A program made the translations under genes and the position numbers. From the IMG/VR virus record IMGVR_UViG_3300027836_000007, positions 1 to 64,000 of that record: DNA of 64,000 nt. One strand, written 5' to 3'. This document shows positions 15,679 through 26,189 of this stretch, piece by piece. The DNA is from a virus. Positions within the stretch are counted from its first letter, which is position 1. Every line of letters starts with the position of its first letter. The notes under the pieces are model-generated. The model ran no database searches. It was not told the origin of the DNA and was given only the letters and a program-made list of their open reading frames with translations.

Positions 15679-18395
15679 TAGGCAAATCCTGTCACTAAGC
15701 TGGCGTAGTAAGTTGTACCTATATAACTGATAGTCAACATGTCAACAGCGTTGGCCGCTGTGCTTAAAGTTTTAAATCCGCCTGCAAACCTCATTGTACT
15801 AGTTAGTGTAAACGGTCCGCCAGTTGCTGGCTGTGTAATGATCAATGTCAAAGATTGTCCGCTTACTGGAGTGTTCAATGCGTTGAGTGTAATGCTACCT
15901 GACAGGGTAATAGTCTGTACGTTGCCGTTGGCCGCATTTGGCGTTATAGTACCTGTAGTTGTACCGCCGGAAAAAACTACATCACGAGCATCGTTGGCAG
16001 TCATTGTGGTAAAACGTCCGGTACCTGCCGTAGTTCCGCCAATAGCTGGAGGACTTGCTAGGTATGTAGAAAAGCCAGTTCCACTTACAGTTGAACTTGC
16101 TGATAGTGTGGTAAACGCACCTGTATTAGGAGTTGTAGCTCCAACTGTACCATTATGTGCTCCATTAAGACTTACTGTTAATATACCTGCACCACTCAAG
16201 GTCATGATGTTGGTTACGCCACCGTACCATTTGAATTGCTCAGTAGCACTTGGAACGCTAAACCAAGTTGTACTACCTTCAATACCAATGGCAAAGTCTG
16301 CAGCTGAAGCTGAGTTACCTGGGTATAAAATAATCTTAGTACCAGCACTAATACCGTTAACAGTGGGTGCTGCAACACCGTTAGTGTTAAAATCAATACG
16401 GTTGCTAGTAGAACCGTTTAAATAAAGTTGACCTGTAGCCGCTGTGGCGTTACCTGTACCTGTTGTTTGTAAAGTGGTAAATCGTCCGGTGTTAGCAGTA
16501 GTGCCTCCGATAGCACCGGGACTTACTAAACTTAATGTACCGCCTAATGTTATGTTACCTGTACCAGTTACTGTACCTGATAAACTAATACCGCTGACTG
16601 TGCCGGTACCACTAACAGACGTTACAGTACCGCCAGTAGCACCACTAACACCCGAAAACACAAATGATGAGCCGTTCCATTGCAAGTAAGTGCTGGCTGT
16701 GGTCGGTGCCACAACAAATCCAGTTGTGCCTGCAGCTGTTTGTACAAGTAGTTGTCTTACAACGCCGCCTGCAATGTTAGTGGCTGTTGGCGCGGTAGAG
16801 CCCCATTGAAATGCTGAACCAGTCCACTGTAAGAATGTGTTGGTTCCACTTGCGGCAGCAACAAAACTTGTAGTATCAGCGGCTGTTTGATATGGAATTT
16901 GATTAGCAATACCGCCTATTATGTTAACTGATCTAGTGGCAGTAGTTGCTGAACTTGCTGATCCTACACTTAGATTCGACGCGGTTCCTGTAAAGTTTGT
17001 GCCGCCAAAAGTTGGTGTTGCACCGCTGTTTACGTTTTGATCTAGTGTACGATCAGCACCAGTTATAGTTAATGTTAGGCCACTATTATTAACACCAGTG
17101 CCACCATATGTTGAGTCAATGACGCTGCCGTTCCACGTACCTGCGGCAATAGTTCCAACTGTGACTATGCTGGATGAACCTACTGTTGGGCTTGCACCAA
17201 TTGAGTTATAACTGATTGTTATTGGTTCCGAACCATTAAATGTAGTGCCGCTAACCGCACCCGTACCACTATTATCAACAGTTAGTAGACTGTTAACTGT
17301 ACCTGAACTTGAGCCAATAGGAATTTTAACCCATTTAACACCGTCATAAATTACGTTATCGCCTACAGCAAATGTAACGTTACCTGCACCAAAGTTAACT
17401 GTACCTGCGTCTGTAGTAACAAATTCAAAACCGTTTGTATTGTAAGCACTTGAAGCATTACTTAATGTTGGAGTATTAGTTGCTGCAGACCAACCGCCTT
17501 GGAACACAATAGCTCCAGTAATGTTGGCTGCAATAACTCCTGAACCGTTAATAGTAATAGTAACACCGTCAACTTTAACACCACCTAACTGGTTGGTAGT
17601 TGCAGTGGCTAAACGAATAGCACCTGCTGTATTTGTCAGCCCTGAGTTAGCAACTGCTGGAACAGTAACACCACCTAATACACTTGTAGTAGCAGCCGGT
17701 AATACATATTGATTGCTACCGCTAATTACGCCAGTGCCGCTGATAGTAATACTAGTACCATCGACTTTAACACCTCCTAACTGTGTTGTACTTGCTGTGG
17801 CTAATCCAATAGTTCCACTAGTATTGTTAATACCGCTAGTACTAACTGCTGGTATAATAACGCCGCCTCTAACGGTGGTAGTTGCGGCTGGTAATGTATA
17901 AGTGTTTGCTCCACTAATAATACCAGTTGTTGGATTGATAGTAATCGTAGTTCCGTCAGGACGAACTCCGCCTATTACACTAGTCGTTGCTATAGGCAAT
18001 GAATACTGATTGCTACCGCTGATAACACCGTTGTTAATTGTAATACTAGTACCGTCAACTTTAACACCGCCCAATACACTAGTTGTTGCAGTGGGCAGTG
18101 AGTAAATTGGTATTGCTGATATTGCTGAGTTTACATCTGCTGTAAGAGCGTAGGGTACTAAATCTGCTGTAAGAGCGTAAGGCTCTAATGCGGTTTCTAA
18201 GTTTGATTCTAAGTTTGCGCTGGTAATAGCATTAGTCTGTACATAATCTTGCGTGGCTAATTTAAAACCGCCGGGAGTTTCCCCGTCCATATAACGGACA
18301 GTTATGTTGGTCGTATCGTTAACTAGTTCTCCGTTAGTATAACTCAGACTATCTAAATCTGATGCATCATACGCAGGTAATCTTACATGTTTCAT
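15678..18395 (-). CDS. Tail fibre protein
   Basis: 905 aa, G/T/S-rich, repeated LPxATTSVLGGVKVDGTSITI units. Confidence 0.8.
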   Translation of the reverse strand: MKHVRLPAYDASDLDSLSYTNGELVNDTTNITVRYMDGETPGGFKLATQDYVQTNAITSANLESNLETALEPYALTADLVPYALTADVNSAISAIPIYSLPTATTSVLGGVKVDGTSITINNGVISGSNQYSLPIATTSVIGGVRPDGTTITINPTTGIISGANTYTLPAATTTVRGGVIIPAVSTSGINNTSGTIGLATASTTQLGGVKVDGTSITISGTGVISGSNQYVLPAATTSVLGGVTVPAVANSGLTNTAGAIRLATATTNQLGGVKVDGVTITINGSGVIAANITGAIVFQGGWSAATNTPTLSNASSAYNTNGFEFVTTDAGTVNFGAGNVTFAVGDNVIYDGVKWVKIPIGSSSGTVNSLLTVDNSGTGAVSGTTFNGSEPITISYNSIGASPTVGSSSIVTVGTIAAGTWNGSVIDSTYGGTGVNNSGLTLTITGADRTLDQNVNSGATPTFGGTNFTGTASNLSVGSASSATTATRSVNIIGGIANQIPYQTAADTTSFVAAASGTNTFLQWTGSAFQWGSTAPTATNIAGGVVRQLLVQTAAGTTGFVVAPTTASTYLQWNGSSFVFSGVSGATGGTVTSVSGTGTVSGISLSGTVTGTGNITLGGTLSLVSPGAIGGTTANTGRFTTLQTTGTGNATAATGQLYLNGSTSNRIDFNTNGVAAPTVNGISAGTKIILYPGNSASAADFAIGIEGSTTWFSVPSATEQFKWYGGVTNIMTLSGAGILTVSLNGAHNGTVGATTPNTGAFTTLSASSTVSGTGFSTYLASPPAIGGTTAGTGRFTTMTANDARDVVFSGGTTTGTITPNAANGNVQTITLSGSITLNALNTPVSGQSLTLIITQPATGGPFTLTSTMRFAGGFKTLSTAANAVDMLTISYIGTTYYASLVTGFA

Positions 18396-18435
18396 CGGGT
18401 CATAATCCTTGATCAGGTATTGTATTTATCGACCC

Positions 18436-18458
18436 AAAAGAAAACCCCTTGCGGGGTT
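18436..18458 (-). terminator. Rho-independent terminator
   Basis: Minus strand AACCCC-GCAA-GGGGTT followed by T-rich tail. Confidence 0.75.
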
Positions 18459-18466
18459 GACCACTA

Positions 18467-18910
18467 TTACTTCTTAGAGTAATATTCGTAGTTAACGCTG
18501 GTTTTGTTTTCACGCAAGGTTTTGGCTCCGTTCTTGTGGTGGAACTTGCGGGCCATTTCTGTTTGGGGACTTAGTGTAACAATATTAGTAATGTCTTTGT
18601 ATTCACCTAATAACCATTCAGCGGCTGCTTTGATTAGAGCTTGTCCGGCCCCAGGACTATAACTCCAAATGGTGTAGAATACTGCTACATTGTGATCCTT
18701 GGGCATGTCTATTAAGTCCTGCTCGTCTTGAGGAATATCCTTCAACCACTGCATACAAGTGGCCGCTAGTATCTCATCGCCGGCACGTAGAATTAGTATT
18801 TCAGCTGCATCATTAATGCGCTGTTCAAGAGGAATGTGCGGACGCACAGGGTCATCTTTTATTAGACTAACCAACGGGTCAGTTAGTTCGCGCAAGTGAT
18901 ACAGTTCCAT
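18467..18910 (-). CDS. Hypothetical protein, GNAT/malonyl-CoA-decarboxylase-like fold
   Basis: AVFYTIWS...GAGQALI...IVTLSP. Confidence 0.5.
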   Translation of the reverse strand: MELYHLRELTDPLVSLIKDDPVRPHIPLEQRINDAAEILILRAGDEILAATCMQWLKDIPQDEQDLIDMPKDHNVAVFYTIWSYSPGAGQALIKAAAEWLLGEYKDITNIVTLSPQTEMARKFHHKNGAKTLRENKTSVNYEYYSKK

Positions 18911-18979
18911 TTCTTATTCTCTCCGTGTTTATTATATACGTACTTATCTCTTCCGGAGAAAATTAGTGTTATAGTAAGA

Positions 18980-20413
18980 TTACACTAGATCATCCCCGGG
19001 AAGGTTATTCAACAACTCTCTTAGTTTACTGGACTCAACTTGCGCTTTGACCTTAGGTACTGGAGTTAAACTGTTAGGATCAATTTCTCCAGTTGTAGCA
19101 TCTACTGTAGCACGATTCTTAATGCTGGCTAACAAACTAGATCCAGCTGATTGACTATGGCTATTTCCATAAGTATCTTCTTGTTCACAGTCACTAATAC
19201 GCAAACTGTCAATATTAAATTCCAAATCAATCTTTTGGCCGACACCACTCGAACTACGTGTTTTCATTAGTTGGATTTGATAACGTCCACGTTCACGCAT
19301 AGCCCGACTTGTAAAGATACCAAACACGTTATCCGCAGTCTGAATCTTTGACAAGCCGCCTGAAATATGACTATGGTCAAACTCTACTTCTTCAACAGCA
19401 CCACGATTTAACTGTGCCGCTGTGACAAACAAACAGCCTTTTTCCATTGCTAAGTTACGCAGTTCTTCACTTACATACTTGTCTTTGACAAACAAGTTTT
19501 CTGCGCTGATCTTCTTACCAATTGGCATGAGCAAGTCTAGATAGTCTACTAATAGTACATCTACCTTTCGTCCTAACTTAATTTCATATTCCTTAAGATA
19601 AGCACGAATGTCATTTGCGGTCTTCCCAGACGGCATATACTTCACTTGGAACTGTCCACTCTTCTTGCCAATCATTTTTACTTTCATTTCAACGTCATCG
19701 ATGTTCTTGAAAATATCTCTTGTTGGCAATCCTGTAATCATTGCGTCCACACGCATTGATACTAATTCTTCACTAAGTTCTAGTGTTAGATACACTACAT
19801 TAAGTCCTGCCAGTGCCCAGTTAACACCTAAGTTAGCCAAGAACAAACTCTTGCCTGCGCCTGATCCGCCAGCAAAGATGTTCAACTCTCCGCGGTTCAT
19901 ACCACCAAACAATTTGTCATCCACAGCTTTCCAGCCAGTGCTAATCTGTCCGTTCTTCTCTTTAATACGCATCAGACGTGCTCTAGGATCTTCAAAGTAA
20001 TCAGTACCCATGTCACGTTGTAGACCAATTTGTACTGCCGCTTTGATCTTTTCTTCTACGCTACCATACTCGCCTTTTTCCAACATGTCTGCCGATTCAA
20101 GGATAGCTTTCTCAAGTCCTTTATGTCTGGTAAATGTTTCAAAGTCGTTGAGCAACCAATCAAAGTGTTCTTCTTGTAAGTTCTCGGGAACTTTAAATGT
20201 GGACCCAGTGGCAGCATTAACAATATCTTGTGTGGGTACTATGTTATGATCCTTGACATATTGATTAATAAACTCAGCACCTTGCTGTAGTTTTCTATCA
20301 AAAAGTGTATGGTCAAAGATGGCTTGGCATCGGGCAAACGTTGCTGCATCGCTCAGCATCATTTCCAAATAAACTTTCTGTATGTCGTATCCGTAATCTG
20401 TATTTTGTTTCAT
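18980..20413 (-). CDS. gp41: DnaB-like replicative helicase (T4 gp41-like)
   Basis: Walker A GGSGAGKS, LELSE, VDYLDL, QLNR, MKTR. Confidence 0.9.
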   Translation of the reverse strand: MKQNTDYGYDIQKVYLEMMLSDAATFARCQAIFDHTLFDRKLQQGAEFINQYVKDHNIVPTQDIVNAATGSTFKVPENLQEEHFDWLLNDFETFTRHKGLEKAILESADMLEKGEYGSVEEKIKAAVQIGLQRDMGTDYFEDPRARLMRIKEKNGQISTGWKAVDDKLFGGMNRGELNIFAGGSGAGKSLFLANLGVNWALAGLNVVYLTLELSEELVSMRVDAMITGLPTRDIFKNIDDVEMKVKMIGKKSGQFQVKYMPSGKTANDIRAYLKEYEIKLGRKVDVLLVDYLDLLMPIGKKISAENLFVKDKYVSEELRNLAMEKGCLFVTAAQLNRGAVEEVEFDHSHISGGLSKIQTADNVFGIFTSRAMRERGRYQIQLMKTRSSSGVGQKIDLEFNIDSLRISDCEQEDTYGNSHSQSAGSSLLASIKNRATVDATTGEIDPNSLTPVPKVKAQVESSKLRELLNNLPGDDLV

Positions 20414-20432
20414 CTTTTAATTATACACTCTT

Positions 20433-21899
20433 TTAGTTAAAAACCCTAATTTTATATTGCCGTTCAAAGTTTTTAGCATCGGCATGATTATTCACCATAG
20501 GTTTGCCTTTGATATTTAAACTTGTATTGAGTAACATTGGACACCCTGTTTCTTTATACCATAATTCTAAGAGCTTTCTAAACGGGCTTCCATCGTCCGG
20601 TACAGTTTGTACACGTGAAGTTCCATCACGATGAATGATAGCAGGATAAAGCTGAGGATGCCTACAACGAGCGACCACTTGCATATACCTACTGTTATTC
20701 CAAGTGCGAGGCATATCAAAATACATATCAACATGCTCTTCGAGTATTGCTGGAGCAAAAGGTCTAAATTCTTGCCGTTGTTTAATTGCATTTACTTGAT
20801 CCTTTATATCGATGCCGCGGGGATCCGCTAGCAAACTTCTATTTCCCAATGCTCTGGGCCCAAATTCTGCTCGTCCTCGGGCCAATCCACATATTTTATT
20901 TTGTATAATATACTTTACAATTTCTTCGTTAGTAAATCGATATCCCATATCATAGCCTAAGAATGGTGTAAAGTTTTCCGGGCTAATACGCCAAGTTGGA
21001 TTATTTGCCAGTACAGCGCCTATAGCACTGCCAGCATCTCCTGGGTTGGGCATTATCCATGTGTTATCAAAAAATTCTCCGGTGTGTCTATTAGCAAGAC
21101 AGTTTAACGCACACCCTCCCATAAGTACTAGGTTTTTACTTTTAGTAAGTTTTTCTGCTTTACGTAATGCTTCTATAAAATAATGTTCGTAAACATATTG
21201 TGTACTAGCCGCAATTTCAAAACTATCCTTAACAGTTAAATCCGGGCGCCAAGATTGGCATCCTCTGTGGAGATTTTTCTTAAACGTAAATTTTTCAAAA
21301 CTTCCAACAAAGTCTGTAAGCATACTATGAAATAAATCTCTATTGCCATACGCACTCATACCCATAGTAATATACTCATCTTCGTTGGGTTTAAGCCCGA
21401 TGCGTTGTGTCATAGCACTATAAAACAATCCGATACTATGTGGATAACTTCGGCTGTATAGTTTTTTGAGATTATCACCTTGGCCGTGCCATATTGTAAA
21501 GGTTTCAAATTCGCCAATAGCATCTATAACTAACACACAAGCATCATCGAATCCACTTGTATAATAGCCTGCCGCGGCATGACTTAAATGATGATCTGTA
21601 TAGACTATAGGCGCACTTATTTCATGCCGGGCCATATAAATGTCAATATCGTTATCACGGCGTTTCCATCCTTGTCCTGCAAATAATTGTCTTAGTGTTT
21701 TCTTAAATGGCTTTTCATACCAGTAAATTTTATCAGGATAACCAAATTGCTTTGCGGCCGCCACTAATTCTTTACACAAATCTCTATCATTTTTTACGCC
21801 GCTATATCGTTCACTATGACTAGCAAATACTAATTTTTCGTCAGCAAACACAGCCAACGCCGCGTCGTGACTATTTGCGCTTATTCCCCAGCTAATCAT
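20433..21899 (-). CDS. Carbamoyltransferase (NodU/CmcH/TobZ family)
   Basis: HDAA, HHLSHAAA, DAIGE, GGCALN, EFGPRALGNRS, RPFAP, LLNTSLN. Confidence 0.92.
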   Translation of the reverse strand: MISWGISANSHDAALAVFADEKLVFASHSERYSGVKNDRDLCKELVAAAKQFGYPDKIYWYEKPFKKTLRQLFAGQGWKRRDNDIDIYMARHEISAPIVYTDHHLSHAAAGYYTSGFDDACVLVIDAIGEFETFTIWHGQGDNLKKLYSRSYPHSIGLFYSAMTQRIGLKPNEDEYITMGMSAYGNRDLFHSMLTDFVGSFEKFTFKKNLHRGCQSWRPDLTVKDSFEIAASTQYVYEHYFIEALRKAEKLTKSKNLVLMGGCALNCLANRHTGEFFDNTWIMPNPGDAGSAIGAVLANNPTWRISPENFTPFLGYDMGYRFTNEEIVKYIIQNKICGLARGRAEFGPRALGNRSLLADPRGIDIKDQVNAIKQRQEFRPFAPAILEEHVDMYFDMPRTWNNSRYMQVVARCRHPQLYPAIIHRDGTSRVQTVPDDGSPFRKLLELWYKETGCPMLLNTSLNIKGKPMVNNHADAKNFERQYKIRVFN

Positions 21900-22009
21900 T
21901 TGTATATAAACGGATCTCGTTTCCGCAGTTCTGCTAAACGTTTTTTAAATGATTGGCGTTGTCTCCACCAAGTAACAGGTTTTGATAAAAAATCAATTAG
22001 TGTTTTCAT
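21896..22009 (-). CDS. 37-aa basic peptide ending RKRDPFIYK (not in ORF track)
   Basis: AAGGA RBS; stop overlaps the carbamoyltransferase ATG. Confidence 0.65.
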   Translation of the reverse strand: MKTLIDFLSKPVTWWRQRQSFKKRLAELRKRDPFIYK

Positions 22010-23003
22010 TTTCTTCCTTAAACCATTTCTTTGCTCTCAATTGTATCTTGAGACTGTTGGATTCTTTAGCTTGTGTTATAAGATATAATGTTGCTAGCCG
22101 CCCTAGCTTGATTACAGCATCATTAACATCCTTTACACCTTCAGGCCAGTTTGGCATACTGACACTCCAACCATATTCTATTGCTTGTTCTAGCGTTAAT
22201 TTTCCTGCTTCGTCTTTATCAGGAACTAACACAAGTTCTTTACTTAACTGTTTTAGTAACCAGTTTTGACTATCTTTAATTTCAGCGCCTAGTAAAGCAC
22301 ATCCGTCAATACTTAGCGCATCAAACGGGCCTTCGCTAACAATTACGAATTCTCGTTTATCAGCTTGCGCATCTAAATTAAACACATACCCCGGTTGCTG
22401 TTCGCTTAGATACTTAGGTTTGGCATCGTTAATTGCCCGGGCAGTCCAACCTACTATTTCGTTTTTATACAAAAATGGAATAATAATCCTACTATTGAAT
22501 CCTATTTTATTAGTCCAATAGAACGGATAGGCAAACGGATCGATTCCGCGATCAACTAAGTATTTGACCGACTCGGCAAATTTTGTTGGAACAGCATAAT
22601 CTCCATCTGGGAGTTTCAAGAATGTACTCAACTCTTCAAAACTAATAGCATCTATTGGCAATGCTCTGACTTCAAATGTAGGTATAACTTGTCTTACTGT
22701 TGCTGTTGAGTTTTCGTTTAGTCTAAGTGCTTCTAAACGTAATTGAGATATAACATCGTCGGGCATGTTTAAATCCCGCATGAGTTTATTCATTTTTTGG
22801 CTGATAGTTCTACCAGGTTGCCAACTTGCCTTGAATCCGCAATTAAAACAATGATAGCTTACGGCATCGCCACCGTTCAAAATAAAGCCGCCACGTTGTC
22901 TTTTGTCATCACAACAGGGCGCATTAAAGCTGATCCAACCACTTGGAGTTTGTTTCCGCTTAGACGGAAGATATTGTAGTAATGTATCGGCTATGAGACT
23001 CAT
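21993..23003 (-). CDS. DNA primase (Zn-binding plus TOPRIM)
   Basis: APCC...HCFNC zinc site; EGPFD and PDKDEAG TOPRIM motifs. Confidence 0.85.
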   Translation of the reverse strand: MSLIADTLLQYLPSKRKQTPSGWISFNAPCCDDKRQRGGFILNGGDAVSYHCFNCGFKASWQPGRTISQKMNKLMRDLNMPDDVISQLRLEALRLNENSTATVRQVIPTFEVRALPIDAISFEELSTFLKLPDGDYAVPTKFAESVKYLVDRGIDPFAYPFYWTNKIGFNSRIIIPFLYKNEIVGWTARAINDAKPKYLSEQQPGYVFNLDAQADKREFVIVSEGPFDALSIDGCALLGAEIKDSQNWLLKQLSKELVLVPDKDEAGKLTLEQAIEYGWSVSMPNWPEGVKDVNDAVIKLGRLATLYLITQAKESNSLKIQLRAKKWFKEENENTN

Positions 23004-23016
23004 AGCACTATTATAC

Positions 23017-23853
23017 TTAACTTACGGTGATACTGTCAACCTTTCCGGTTAATCCCATAGGATTTTCTGTTGTTACATCTTCTTTCTTAGAGTTTTGGAA
23101 TCTAACTCTAAAATACTTGTAATCACCAACAGCCATAGTTACAGTAAAAGTTCCAGATGTTGCTGAAGTTAATTCTGGAAATTCATGTAGTCTTACTTCA
23201 GGTTTGAAAGCTTCTGTAGTAATAGTCGATTGTGCAGTACCTTCGATCCAAATAATTCCTTTGAATCCGGTATAACCAATTTCAAATGTTAGCTCTGTTG
23301 TTTTTTCGGCTTCGTAGAACGTTGCTGGAATTGCTGAAGATTTACTAACCGGCAAGCCGTCTAAATTAATTTCAGCTGTAAAATCTTTGAATACTCTGTC
23401 GTTTCTAAAGGTAGGCATTGCGTTACCTATTAACTGTATTGTACCAGTAGCACCAAATCTAGTGTCTCCGTAAAGCATAATATCGTTGCCGCCTTGAACT
23501 GCTGTAACGCTATAACGTAGATATTGGTCTTCTAATTCTACTAAGTCTTCCTGGGGGATTGTAACAGTACCAATACCTTTGTATGTTGTTTGATTTAACG
23601 GAGTTACAGTGTAAGGGCTATTAGCTAACTCAGCGCCTTGTGAGTCCATCACGTTAAGTAAGATGTTTGATAAGATTGCCAAGTCAATGCGCTTCTGATC
23701 AGCGTTCTTAACGTCAAACTGAATCGTATTATCGATCCCATTATATATTTTTACAGTTTTCTGATACACGTTTGTATACTCCGTAGTAAATCCTGCCACA
23801 TTGGCTAATAGCTCAATCCTATTTGGATATAAATAACTTGAAATTTTTTGCAT
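23017..23853 (-). CDS. Hypothetical, probably virion structural protein
   Basis: beta-rich 278-aa ORF; TAAATA upstream. Confidence 0.5.
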   Translation of the reverse strand: MQKISSYLYPNRIELLANVAGFTTEYTNVYQKTVKIYNGIDNTIQFDVKNADQKRIDLAILSNILLNVMDSQGAELANSPYTVTPLNQTTYKGIGTVTIPQEDLVELEDQYLRYSVTAVQGGNDIMLYGDTRFGATGTIQLIGNAMPTFRNDRVFKDFTAEINLDGLPVSKSSAIPATFYEAEKTTELTFEIGYTGFKGIIWIEGTAQSTITTEAFKPEVRLHEFPELTSATSGTFTVTMAVGDYKYFRVRFQNSKKEDVTTENPMGLTGKVDSITVS

Positions 23854-23880
23854 CTGGCAAGGATCCTTTATAAAGTATTT

Positions 23881-24255
23881 ATGGCAAAATTAAGAGACAA
23901 TATAGAACAAAACTTACCCTTTGTAAGCGTACTAAACTACGGTGAATTGGAATACGTAGGTATCATTATAAATCAGGATCAATATGTTACAAGTTTTTAC
24001 GACTTGGAAGCAATAAAAACTCCTGAGGAAAAAACACTATTTTTAGAAATAGGTGAAACTTGGTGGTGGGAAAGTAACCGTCAATTTCCAATAAGTATCA
24101 TTTGTAGGGATCAAATAACCCCATTTGCTTATGCTATTAAAACATTTAATAGTAAAGACGTTAGGGTAATTTTAGGACCTGTAGTAAACTTGATGAATTT
24201 AACACTTAAACGTGTTAAACGTAAAAGTGTACAACTAGTTCGTAAAACCCGTTAA
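23881..24255 (+). CDS. Conserved phage hypothetical protein
   Basis: YVGII...WWWESNRQFPI; start reassigned to 23881. Confidence 0.7.
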   Translation: MAKLRDNIEQNLPFVSVLNYGELEYVGIIINQDQYVTSFYDLEAIKTPEEKTLFLEIGETWWWESNRQFPISIICRDQITPFAYAIKTFNSKDVRVILGPVVNLMNLTLKRVKRKSVQLVRKTR

Positions 24256-24830
24256 CTGTACCCGTAACTAATACCTTCGCAAATTAAATTCATCTGCACT
24301 ACTACCACATGCGCATACGCAACAGCATGTGCTTTCTTAAAGTAGTATTCATCATTTTCAGGTTTCGTCCAAACTTCCGTCATCACCGTAGTCCAATCTT
24401 TCCCAATCAGATAACGTTTCGCTGGTCGAATCATTGCCAGTACTGCGGCCAATTGCTCTATAGATCTTGGCTTGCTTTGCCTCAGAATAGACCCATGACC
24501 ATTCACATGGAATAGGAGTTGGGTAAAGTCGTCTTGCTCTAGTAAGTCCCATAGTGGTTCAGTCTCCATTAGTTTTAACAGATGCTCTTTACTTTTTACA
24601 CCATCGTACACACCAACATTTAAGAAATCTATCTTAAAATAACCTCTATCTTCTGCTTGCTTATAATCTATTGTACTAAGTCCAGTAAGCGGATTGTACG
24701 GGATAGAAGTACAGAACACTCCAGTATTGTGCTTTTTAAAAGTTCCATTGTCTTCGATAGCCGCAACAACATGCTTGAATTTATCAAGTGCTAGTGTACG
24801 GTCTGCGAAGTCTATATCGATATCTGGCAT
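24252..24830 (-). CDS. Stand-alone DnaE (Pol III alpha) catalytic-core-like protein
   Basis: PDIDIDF, HNTGV, GYFKIDFL, LAMIRP and FKKAHAVAY motifs of family C polymerases. Confidence 0.75.
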   Translation of the reverse strand: MPDIDIDFADRTLALDKFKHVVAAIEDNGTFKKHNTGVFCTSIPYNPLTGLSTIDYKQAEDRGYFKIDFLNVGVYDGVKSKEHLLKLMETEPLWDLLEQDDFTQLLFHVNGHGSILRQSKPRSIEQLAAVLAMIRPAKRYLIGKDWTTVMTEVWTKPENDEYYFKKAHAVAYAHVVVVQMNLICEGISYGYS

Positions 24831-25024
24831 TAGTGTTGTGTTCCTGATTCAAATAGTAAAAGTGGAAGAGTCTCAACTAAGTACTCGGCATATTCGTCTG
24901 CTTCTTCGATAGTTTCAAATCCATTAAATTTTACGTATACTGAGTTATCTTCCTCGCATACAAGTACTTGTAAATCTAGTTGTACCGCATCTGGATTACC
25001 GCTTACGTGATTAGGGTCTGTCAT
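24830..25024 (-). CDS. Small acidic hypothetical protein
   Basis: Translationally coupled within the operon. Confidence 0.6.
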   Translation of the reverse strand: MTDPNHVSGNPDAVQLDLQVLVCEEDNSVYVKFNGFETIEEADEYAEYLVETLPLLLFESGTQH

Positions 25025-25713
25025 ATATTTGATTCCTTAACAACTTGTTTTACTAGTTCAGTATCAGCTTGCCGCTTTTTAAATTTGTTCATCCAGAATG
25101 GAATATCCATTACACTATTGATAGCCATTAATTGGTCATCACCTAATTTCTTTAGCATTTCTTTTCCGTTCGATGAATTCAATAATAACCACGGACTAAT
25201 CTTTCCATCTTTAATGTCGTATGTAGCACGACTTAAACTTACATACAAAAAGTAATGATTCCACGAAGCATTATTTGTTTCTCCCCACGACATCATATGA
25301 CTTATACTACGCTCTAGTGCTGTTTCCACACCTTCAGTTTTAATCAGATCTATAACATACTTGTCGTACAATTCTTCACGGCACCAATGATCTAATCTTA
25401 CACCAGATGTAACTACATAGTGTATAAACTTATCTGGATATAAAGGATTTACATTGCTAACAAAACTACCAAATTTTACAAATGCGTTGTAATACGGACT
25501 ACGAGCAAACTCATCGTAAGTCTTATCCTGTTTGGCATTTTGACTCATTCTATAAAATTTATTATATGTGTCATAGCCTAATACTACATGTCTTTCTGTT
25601 TTTGCTAATGCTCTACGCTTTTGCTCGCACACGTGCACTGCCAAAGTCTTTTCCTTAGAAAAAGTACTTTTACAGTATTGACAAGTAAACACACCTTCGA
25701 CTAGCGCCATCAT
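25021..25713 (-). CDS. Zinc-finger-containing hypothetical protein
   Basis: CQYC-x12-HVC N-terminal motif. Confidence 0.65.
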   Translation of the reverse strand: MMALVEGVFTCQYCKSTFSKEKTLAVHVCEQKRRALAKTERHVVLGYDTYNKFYRMSQNAKQDKTYDEFARSPYYNAFVKFGSFVSNVNPLYPDKFIHYVVTSGVRLDHWCREELYDKYVIDLIKTEGVETALERSISHMMSWGETNNASWNHYFLYVSLSRATYDIKDGKISPWLLLNSSNGKEMLKKLGDDQLMAINSVMDIPFWMNKFKKRQADTELVKQVVKESNI

Positions 25714-26189
25714 TTAAATTTCTTTGTAATTACAGAATCTTCCATGCCATATCGTTTGGCTAGCTCTTTTAGTTCTTTGTCAGTAACCATCTTTGCTAAG
25801 AGTTCGATCTCATCAATTTTACGATTAGGGTAGATTTCTGTTAAAAATTTTACTTTTTTACTATCGCTACCTGTTTTTTTCTTATGCCCAATCCATTCGT
25901 GATAAAAATGTGTTTTGTTATCGTAACTACACAAGCATAGCAATAGCCACATGAGCTTAGGGTGCTTTTGTAAAATATTCCAATTCTTATTGAAATACTC
26001 ATTTACAGTTAATACAAAGTGCCGTTGTACATCTCTATCGCTAGTCTTAGCATTACTAATATATCTATTTAAAATAAAAAATTCGCTCTTAAGACTCTTT
26101 TGTTGTTCAGCGTCCATGGCATCCCACAGTTCACGAACATTCTCGTCAACTGCGGATATCTTTTCTTTTAATTCGATTTTCTCACTCAT
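25710..26189 (-). CDS. Putative clamp-loader small subunit (gp62-like)
   Basis: FILNRYIS...VNEY...HPKL...WI pattern; replication context. Confidence 0.45.
   Translation of the reverse strand: MSEKIELKEKISAVDENVRELWDAMDAEQQKSLKSEFFILNRYISNAKTSDRDVQRHFVLTVNEYFNKNWNILQKHPKLMWLLLCLCSYDNKTHFYHEWIGHKKKTGSDSKKVKFLTEIYPNRKIDEIELLAKMVTDKELKELAKRYGMEDSVITKKFK

Noticed and set aside
15678-18395. Tail-fibre DNA repeats as a diversity-generating retroelement
   Set aside because: The repeats are in-frame protein repeats; no reverse transcriptase or adenine-specific TR/VR pair is visible.
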